This document shows, piece by piece, positions 43,301 to 52,900 of a stretch of DNA of 64,000 nt. The DNA is from Ophelia neglecta (lineage: Eukaryota), in NCBI GenBank assembly GCA_965285935.1, contig OZ260661.1, forward strand, positions 94,054,001 to 94,118,000, in the 5' to 3' direction. The translations under genes and the position numbers were made by a program. Below the pieces are notes generated by a model that did no database searches, was not told the origin of the DNA, and saw nothing but the letters and a program-made list of their open reading frames with translations. How positions within the stretch are numbered: position 1 is the first letter of the stretch; the number at the start of each line of letters is the position of its first letter.

Positions 43301-46300
43301 GCCACAGAAATTTGGCCAGTAAACTTTTGTGGATAGAGGATAAAGAGTTGGTTGTCTGACAAATTCCCCAAATCCCCTTGCTGTAAGATGGTGAATTCTC
43401 CCTTTGGAGGAGTGCTGATTGAACCCTGATGGATGTGCTCCCCTTTGAAATGGCAGGATAAAGAAAAGCAGAGCTCTGAAGGCCACCAGTTTGCCATGGG
43501 CATTGTGCTCCCTCTTGCCCATCTCCTCTGAATACTTTGGCCAGCCTTTGTAGCTTAGCCTTTTCTGGCAATTGGCATTGGGAAAAAAATGGGCAATGGC
43601 CAAGATGAAATGTGTGCCCAGAGTGAAAAGACAGCCAGAGGTAATTCCAAAGTAAGGTCTGGTTGTGGGTGTACATGTAATGGCTGAAACAAGTATGATT
43701 TCATGGTAAATCTTCACACCAAATGTGCATCGAAGGTGGAACAAGCACATATATCACGTTTGCTGGCGGTAAAAGTGAAATATTTTCACAGGTGTATTCA
43801 ATCATCGAGAAAATATGGTCAGCAAAAAAGGGAAAATGTGCAAGAATCATTCGTTAGAGAATAGAGCCAGGGTTGGATGTAGGCCCTAAATTAGACCAAC
43901 TTACGCACATGTCAAATGGGGTTTTGGTGCCTTGGCTGTCTAGTTTATTCCCTGACAGAGCTAATATCTTATCTTTTAGGAAATGTCTCAGGATTCAGCC
44001 TCTCTTCCTGCAAATGGCGGCTGAAAACACACTGTGAATCAAATGCAAATCAGGCGTCCATTCGGCGGGTAATTTTGGTGTTTAAGAGCTGGCGTTTGTT
44101 GAGTGGGGGAATTTGAAGTACATGTTTGTCCTGATTGGTAGGCATAGCTCCTTGTCAGGAGAACTCAATCGAACATAAACTTTAATTTCCATGGCTGTGC
44201 TGCATTTCCCGATGGGGATCAGGGGACTTTGCCCAGACCTCTACACCTCCCAGGGAGCAACCCAGCAAAAATTTAGGATTGGCACCGGTGACTTTATTGG
44301 CAAACATGGGGATCCCCTCATAAATGAGTCATGTTGTAGCACTGCAAAGCGGAATTTTTCATTAGTAAAAGCAAGGACATTTTCCAAGGGATGAGCGAAG
44401 AATTTTCAGTGCTTTTCGGGATGAAGAGATTGGTGTGCAGAAAGCCGATGGGATTGGGAGAATGGGGCCCTTTTTTAGCTGGGTAACTTAACCTGCTCCA
44501 TGTTTATTCTTCAATCTGGGATAATGGTGTTTTCATATACTTGTGCCACCAAAATCATTTGTAGGGACTCTTTATGGTAAATAGAGTCGCCCCAAATGTG
44601 TCATAAATCATGGAGCGGGTGACAACTATGGCTCATTGGACAACTATGCCCTGATCAGTGCCAACACTACAAATATTCTCTAATTCTTTCAGCAAAATAA
44701 ACAGAGTTTTGTGGCTCAGTCCTAGTCTGATGTGGCAGTCTATTCACGAGACAGCCTCCCAAATGTAATTATTCAGCTTCTGTCATAGCCAGCCAATATT
44801 CCTCAGCACAAATGTATTTACCTGGCCCAGAACTGTCGGCGCACTAGCCTTTGGCAAAAGTAAGTGAATCGGGTGTGGAAACATTTACTACCCCCTGAAA
44901 AATAGCCATAGCTACCAAAGCAAAAATCCATAGAGATTTCATTTGAAGTCTCTGCTTCAAGCGTAGCGGGCAAAGGTAGACCATTATAGCGCTAATATCT
45001 GACTAACTTTCAAACGTCGACCGGCCTGTCTCCCAGATTAGTTCATTTTATGAATATTTGTGTCTTTCTGGCACATGCTGTAAATTCTGTTGCTTTCTCT
45101 AGCTCATACATCTTCTAAAATCAGACGTCAGTAAAATAACTTTCCTTCTTTTATCTGCCAAATAGTGGGCTGTTTTTTTGGTGAACAGCTGAGAAGCGGC
45201 TGAGGTCGGCATGCGCTCTGACCCCTAGCTACTCTCTCCTGTCTAGAACTTCCTGCAAGGAATTTGAAAATATAAATTCAGCACGGCAAAAATATGGCCG
45301 GAGTTGATTTACAGAGGCTGATAATGTGATTAATAGTTGTTGACATGTAAAGCAAAGCGGAAAATCCAAGAAGCAATGTTTTGAAATATATCATAATTCC
45401 CTATTTAGATTTTGGCATACCTGAGATTGAATGAGGCAAAGCAATTAGATAAAGATATTTTAACATCGGCAGTGCTTGTTTGGCTGTCAACCAACTGTCT
45501 ACAGATGACAGAAATCAAACTACGATAGTGACCCAGCACACGATAAACATACAAAAATACCCCTGATATCATAAACCTGTGAGAGAAGTAAGTCATGATA
45601 TGCTTGTCAATATTTCCACAAGCCATGTCCTGTGCTCACTTGCCTGTGGTTTACCTGCCTAAACCAGACTTTTTTGATGTTTGATGTTTCGTCATGCGGC
45701 TTGTTCAACTTGTTAAATTTTGACAAATCACTAGGGTCAGGGCCAAGGAAATCCATGTCTATCATTTCAGTGTTGAAGTCCTGTTCTGCTATATAATTGA
45801 ATAAATGACAGGCTAGTGGGACAAGATATTTGTATTTCTTTGTTTCTTAGGATATATTCAGTAGAATTTACTGGTCAGTGACAAAAATGTCAGCATGTTA
45901 CTCGATTGATAACTGTTTACAAAAAAAAATCATTTTAGCATTTGAGTCCTGTACATGGTACTGGATTTTCTTGCTTTACTGAATGGTGACAGTTCTCAAT
46001 TTATGCCCAGTATACTAAATGGTGTTAATAATTCTCAGGGGAGCTTCAGAAAGGAATGTATAAAACTGCACCTGACAATGACAGTATCAGTGTGAGGCTG
46101 TCAGAAATTTGGCAGGCTGATCACAGGGCGAGCATGTTGTAGGTTAGAGAGGTTTAGGTAGAGTGACCCAAGGGGGAGGGGGTTAGGGAGGGGGAGGGGG
46201 GTTGTCAGACCCTGTCACAGCTAGTAGGGCTTGCAGCAGGCATTGTGACTCTCTGGGGACCTGGCCCCTCGTAGGATCAAGGATCATGTCCCAGGATTTA

Positions 46301-46705
46301 TACGGCCTCCGCTAATAAGACTGATCACCGCTGGGTCAGCCGAATGGTCTTGGATGATTTTTCCTTGACTTTTTATTTGCTGCCATGCGGTGTAGTGTCA
46401 GGAGGAGGCAAAACTGAGTCAGTTGTAAACGGTGGGAGCTTGTCACGCCATTGAGGAGTTATTGTCATTAGGTACCATACCCCCAGTGCCATCCTCTCTC
46501 CCACCAAGCAGACAGTGCTCGTAGTGCCTATATCAGCTTCACACTAAGGATTTATCCAAGCTTTTAGTGTTCAATTTATGTATGGCATAAGCACAGAGAT
46601 ACTCCAGGCATGAGCCTACCCTTCCAACACTAGCACCCTACTAACTGTTGTCCGTGTGTCACTCTGTCTGTAGAACTAATACCCGGGATTTTCATCATTT
46701 TCCAG
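40350..46705 (+). other. Meis: GT-AG intron, phase 0, interrupting the homeodomain at HLT|HPYP (6,356 bp to copy A; 6,496 bp if spliced to copy B at 46846)
   Basis: gtaaga...tttccag, at the intron position conserved in Meis genes. Confidence 0.85.
46172..46201 (+). other. G-quadruplex-forming motif GGGGGAGGGGGTTAGGGAGGGGGAGGGGGG
   Basis: Five G-runs of 3-6 nt with 1-3 nt loops on the sense strand. Confidence 0.65.
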
Positions 46706-46782
46706 CACCCCTACCCCTCAGAAGAACAAAAGAAGGAGCTCGCAGAGCAAACAGGACTAACCTTATCGCAGGTCAATAACTG
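46706..46782 (+). CDS. Meis: Meis homeodomain exon, copy A (divergent): [25 protein letters not shown](W)
   Basis: 77 bp open frame with acceptor ttttcatcattttccag, ACTAAT branch-like motif at 46675-46680 and donor TG|gtgagt. Phase 0 in, phase 2 out. Too short to appear in the ORF track. Confidence 0.88.
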
Positions 46783-46845
46783 GTGAGTACCGTGTTTTTG
46801 CTCTAGCAGCTTTATTTTACCGGCTTTTTGTCCCTTGTTTTGCAG
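46783..46845 (+). other. 63-nt intron/spacer between the duplicated homeodomain exons
   Basis: gtgagtacc...cttgttttgcag. It carries the copy-A donor and the copy-B polypyrimidine tract and acceptor. Confidence 0.85.
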
Positions 46846-46922
46846 CACCCCTATCCCTCTGAGGAACAAAAGAAGCAGTTGGCAACTGAGACAGGTCTAA
46901 CAATATTACAGGTCAACAATTG
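46846..46922 (+). CDS. Meis: Meis homeodomain exon, copy B (near-canonical): [25 protein letters not shown](W)
   Basis: 77 bp, acceptor ctttttgtcccttgttttgcag, donor TG|gtgagt. Differs from canonical Meis [26 protein letters not shown] at only two residues. Confidence 0.95.
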
Positions 46923-49900
46923 GTGAGTAGGCTAGCCCCTCTATGTCCTTTGCCCATCTCCGGGTACTCATTTCCGGGGACCTCGTCCCACGCCCAGGAG
47001 GATCCTGCGACCACTATCGGGCAACTAACGGTCTCTTACTCTTAAGTGGTAGTCTTGTGTCTTTTTACTATAAATATGGTTGTTGTCAGGTAATGCTATA
47101 TGAACATTGTTGACATTTGTTTTTGACATTTGTTGTGTTTGATAAATCTGCTGTGGTTAGTGTTTTTTCTACTTCCTTTAGTCAGTATGTTGTGGTGATG
47201 TAAAAAAAATATTTGATAGCTGACCATCCTTTGACTGGACCTTAATAATGATGAAACTTAAGCAAAAACTGTATTCAGGGTTTTTTGCCAAAGTATATAG
47301 CTGCGACTATGAACTACCTAGCGCAGTATTCTGTTGAAAAAAGAACCAATGGCGTTAGCTACTCAGGTGCAGCCAAATCGCCTACAGCTCTGCCTCAGCA
47401 AAAATGGATATAATAAATGAAAAATCACCAAAAGAATTGCAGGCATAGATACATGGAACATTTATGTCCAATTGAATCAAAGTAATATTCAATCTGCATT
47501 TTCAACTGGGTCAAAAGCTAAGGACTGGCTGGATTGGAAATTGACGGTAACCTTTTGCCATTGGCTTGGCATTTCTATGAATATTTTGACCAGTTAGGTC
47601 CCTGCTGCAGTCTCCAAACACCTGCCTGCTGCTAGCGTGTTGGGATTAGACATCCTGTGCTAGCGTGCATACTGCAAAACATTCTTCCTGCTAAACTTCT
47701 CTGGCTTAACACTGCACAGACTGGCATATATTAATTTCTATTGAATTCATTTGTCAGAAACCCGGAGGGAAGTATTTCAATATTTGGGTATTTTATATTC
47801 TGGTATTACGCTGGGTTTGCGGCTATGGTGTCGGTGTATTATCAGTGGAGATAGGAATCTGGGGGACGAAGGAGAGCTTTGTTAATTACAAAATAATGTG
47901 GCTAGCTGCTAATTGTCTTACCACCTGTTGGGGTCAAGGCAGATCTTGACCCTGGTCATAAATCATTCTGAGATTTCTGCATTTGACAGGGATGTTTTGT
48001 CTCCTTTCTTCCCCCATTCCATTGGTCCAGCCAATCTCTAAGTCGTGGTGCGTCATCACCAATCAACTGGCAAAATACCGGCTCCAAGGCTGGTGGTTAA
48101 TTTTACGAAATAATTATAACAGCCATTCCCTCGATTCTTGTGGGCAAATAATTGAAATTGATTGCAGGCAAACGGGGCCAAACGATAGATGAAGGTGTGA
48201 GTTTATTGTTGGCAATCGCGGGGCAATCATATCTCTCTGTGGGGGGTTGGAGAAGGGGAGGGATGAGATGAAACACGCTCCAGATTAACTCAGCTACTGT
48301 CATGTTTATATTTTAAATGCTTCTCAATTTGTGGAATGCCATCATGTAATTGTCATTTTTTTTCGCCACAATCCATGAAAACTTTATGCCAATTTTTATA
48401 CTGACAGATTCCTAGCTTGGTTAATTAATTGTATCTATTTTTCATAAAAATTATTCTTGATAAATAACTAGTGGGTGATGTTTACATTTCTGTGCACTTT
48501 GAAGTTTAGTTAGCAGTTGTTAGTGTGCTTGTCGTTGGGTTGGCCAGTTGTAGTTGAGAGTTGCTGGAGTTTGTGATGTGTTACTGTGTTGGGTGTGTGT
48601 GCCGTTCAGATGACTGGCTGTACTGTAGTGTGGGGTGTTTGTTTCACGGTGTTGGAGTTGTTTAGGGGTCTGGTAGCTGGTAAGAAGGAGAGTGGGTATA
48701 AGGTTATCTCCTCTTGCTATGCTATGCCCTGCCGAGGCACATAATTAATGGTGTCTGGCCGCTGGAGTGTCAGACAGAATGATATATGATGGTCATCTGC
48801 AAAGGTTAACTTGGGCTGGGTCAGAATGGAAGCCAAAACTAGGCCAGCCGCCAGTCAAAAATAACAGGCAAAAACTGGGAGGATCGCCTGATAAGACAGG
48901 GAGCCAACCACAAAAAATGTATTGACCAATCGCATTGCTGTTTATAATAGGTCAGCCGCTGTGGTTGTGTGCAGACAGCTATTGTAGAATTGATATTTAA
49001 TAAAATTGATAAAAATTGAAAAAAGTACTACAGTTGAGGTGTTCTCTCCCAGCCATTATACGTCCTCCCTGGGGGGGGGGGGATAGGTAGTGAATTGTCA
49101 GTTGGCGTGTTTACAGAATCGATACATTACAGGGTACTGTGAGATTGTAAATGACTGGGTCAGAAACATGAGTGCATCTAGTCAATAGTTAGCCCATCAC
49201 AGGTGCGGTGGAGTGGTGTAGTCATTTAGTTTTTGGATATTTTGTATGAAAAAACATCTATGCAATATTTGTATGATACAGCAATGGTGGGAGTAATTTA
49301 TACAATTTTCATCTAGTGATAATTACCATCCTTGTCTTGGTTGAAAAAGTCGCCCAATCGAGACTACAACCAAGGTTTCCTTTTGTTAAGACATTTAATG
49401 CAAAACTGCATCTGCACAATGCAAAAAGGAAAAATCATTAAACCTTTTACATATGCATTTATTTGTGGTGAATGGGCTTGGAATAATCAAAGGAGCTATC
49501 AGATTGATATGGCAAGATAGTTTATGATATCACCCCATAGTAATTATATCTCTCCACATCAATTGTTTACAACTTGAATTAGAAATGTGCAGAGTGCAAA
49601 AAACGTTGGAATATTTAGTAATGCTTGGTGGCTTGTTTTTGTTTCTTGCCTGATTTGGTATGCATAGCATGCTCAGGAATGGTTTCTACATCTCTTATGC
49701 TTTAAATTTCAAGCATATTTCATTGTGGACGGGGAGCCTAAGTGGGTAAGCCGGGTGATTATGTGCCTCCTCTTACCCTCTGGTTAACCGGCCGCCAAAT
49801 TTCACACCAGAGCCAAGCTCTCGACCGATGATGAATTCAGATTCGTAGTCGATGTGACGTTGTGCCTCACCTCGGCCCCGACGAGAACAATGAGCCAATG

Positions 49901-52900
49901 AGCGCCAATAATGCTGATTTTCATTAATTTCCCTACATGCAATGCTGGAATGCTGCCGCCTCTCTGGTGATTGTTCCGCAGTATATCGGGTCCAGAAACA
50001 CTCCGAGTGAGGAGCATACATATTTCATTCGCCTTTGTTTGGTATGTGTTCGATTGTGGATGGCCATTTGCCATAGGCTGTTCAGACATATGTTGCTGTC
50101 CTGTATCCATAAATACTGCCACATTCTAGCTGAACTAGAATTACAATTAAAATTGAAGTAACACCGGCCGCTGAGATGAGTCCAAAATATCCCTATAATC
50201 CTGATGATAAAATTTAGCAGTTGTTCAAATTGACACTTTCAACTCTTTCATCCTTCTGATATACATTAAACATTAACAGCTTTCAAATATATATTGATTT
50301 TATTTCAAATCATCAACCAGCTTATGATAAATGGGAGATTTGTTCTAAGCCTTCCTCAGTTTTTTTTTATAGATGGCTGTCTTAACTTTGAGCAAAGCAT
50401 TGGGAGTTTTGATAAATGATATACATTTTGCCAGCTGTGGATTCAGGTTATTAAGAATTCAAATGGCAGCTCATTGATGTTCTTGAGCCGATGCAATATT
50501 CAGTTTATATTTAGAAGGTTTTGATATTTGCGAGGTGAGAACATTTTGCCGAGGGGAGTGGTCAAGGGTATCGGTGTCCTGGGAGAAGAAAAACCCGGCT
50601 TTCTAAATGTCCATAGCACTACCACTACAAATTAGCGCTGTTGATCAGAGAGACTTCAGCAGAACGCCATGAAATATTTAACACTGTGAGGCCAATCATC
50701 GCCTTTAATGAGGTGAATCTAGGCTGTGAGCTGGTAGCTGAGGGCCTGATTCTCTCTAAGGGTGGGCTGCCATAAGAATACCCAACACTGTTGTATTTGC
50801 TGCAGAAAACTGCTATAAGAAAATGGCGTTCAATTCAATCACATTTGCATGCAAGTTGGCACCCGATTGCCCACTCTGTGCTGGAAATGTTGTCTTTGGC
50901 GGGCCATTGTGTCCATGTCAAAACTCACGGGCATCTATCAAGGGGCCACTCTCGAGTGTGATAAGAATCAACGATCTGCAATCTACTGGTTCTGTAGATC
51001 TCTCTCTCACTCTCACTTTTCCTCCCTCTCTCACAACCATAATACTACATGGTAACTTAAAATAGAGACATGATTTCAACTGGTTCTCTTTCCACTTGGT
51101 GTTGGACAATTAAAGCCCTTCCAACCGGGCCTGGAGAGGCGAATCTCAGCAGCTGATTCCCTTCTCTTTGCACGCAACCCAGAGATTAGCAAACCAAATA
51201 CTGTGCGGGTATAAATTCATAATCACCTGTCGTAATTGGTGGTGAATTTTTCATGAACTGTGCCCGCCCCGAGTTTTGATTTGGGTGCATTGGACATTCA
51301 AATGAACGCCTTCCACACCATTTCCGAGGCATCTCAGCCCATCGTGGCCTGTCAATGCCCAATTGGATGGCTATGAATAACAAACTTGCCATGAATAACT
51401 TGTTCACTTGCCTAACATTGCTTTACATCAGCATGTGCTGCCGAGGGAAAAAATTCAGAAAAATTCTGGCTTTGTTTATTAAGAACTGATGATTCAAATT
51501 CTTTTGAAATCTGTTGCACTGAGAAGTTTCAAATAATCTTTAGGTAATTTTGAGTTGGAGAAAAATGCTTAGAAAGTGATGAGAAATGTAGAAATTAACA
51601 CGAGCAGACGTTTCACAGACTTGTTTTTATGTTTCTAAAACAGATATTGGAATATGTTGATGGTTTTATCTGTAAGACATCAGTTTGATTTATTGCTTGC
51701 TTATACATGAATCAACAAGTCAGAAGAACGCGCTGAAATCACCTCCGATTCTCACAGATCAAATTTACGTGGTGGCTTAGAAGTGAAAAAGGCAGTGCCA
51801 TGAAAAATACAGCTGGGTAGAGAGCCATGTCTGTCAATTGGTAAATTTACTGGTTAACTGATTGTGTATATATTAACCCTAGTAACTCTATATATTAACC
51901 CTACTGACACTTTAGTGAACAGTGGACCATGGTTGGTCAGCCGTCATGTGATTTTATCAGCATCTGATTTATAGGAAGTTTATATCACTGCCCAATCACC
52001 AGACTACTTGCCAAATGAGTTTTAAACACTGGCACATTATATACATATAATTTTAACGGGACAGTGTTGATTACTGGTTAACGATTGCATGCTGTGCCTA
52101 TCGTATCTGCTGATTTTAATTGCTCGGAAAAATGGAGCGGATCATGAAGCAAAAGCCTGTGGACACCGAGAAATGACTAACTTCTGGTTTTCATATCTGG
52201 AAATGGGCTGTCCATAGGTGATTAACCTAATTAGTTATAATTACTATAGCAGTTTAATTATACGCTAATTATGTGGCAGCTATTTGTGTATATTTGTGGC
52301 ATCCATGGGTGTCCAGGCTAGGACCTGGGACAATTACGAAGTCCACCTGTTTGGCTAATTACATATGATCAGAGGTGATTTAATGCTAATTCACCCATGT
52401 ATGATTTGACAGTTGTTTATCAATTTCTGCTGACATATCTAAACAAACACAGGCGGTGTCATGGTAGTATGGCCATTCAATATATGTATTAGCAGGTAGA
52501 GACGGCCCATGTGATGAGGACAGATACATTGAAGACATGTATATGTATGGGTATACATCTACCAAAGGTGAGCTGTCAAGAGGGCTCTCTGTCTAACCAT
52601 CTATCTATCTCTCACAAGCTTGTCATCTTGTCAGGAGCCAGTAGAGATATGAAACTGAATGTTGGGCCCACTTGAAGTTCCAGTGCACTTCATAGCATTT
52701 ACAGCATTTATTGTCTGATAAGCATTAGGTTAATTGGCCTGACAGGGCTTAAACATTACCCAGGATGGCGCAATCTATTGCCGGAATTATTTGAACAATT
52801 TACAATTGAACAATATTACATGGTCTATATCCTTCCTCAGTATTAATAGCTGATAAGGCTAGATGACAATTACATCAAATGACTCTTGCTGCATACTACT

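Noticed and set aside
35937-43750. Minus-strand ORFs of 140-152 aa (35937-36383, 37352-37777, 43254-43676, 43292-43750) as a nested gene
   Set aside because: No recognisable motifs and no consistent exon chain; such lengths can arise by chance in 64 kb across six frames.
46631-46645. tagcaccctac resembling the start of a third HPYP exon copy
   Set aside because: Similarity ends after about 10 nt, with a 1-nt deletion and no further homology.
46706-46922. Exon pair as an assembly or haplotype artefact
   Set aside because: 18 of 77 nt differ, mostly at third codon positions, and the flanking introns are unrelated, which is far beyond allelic divergence.
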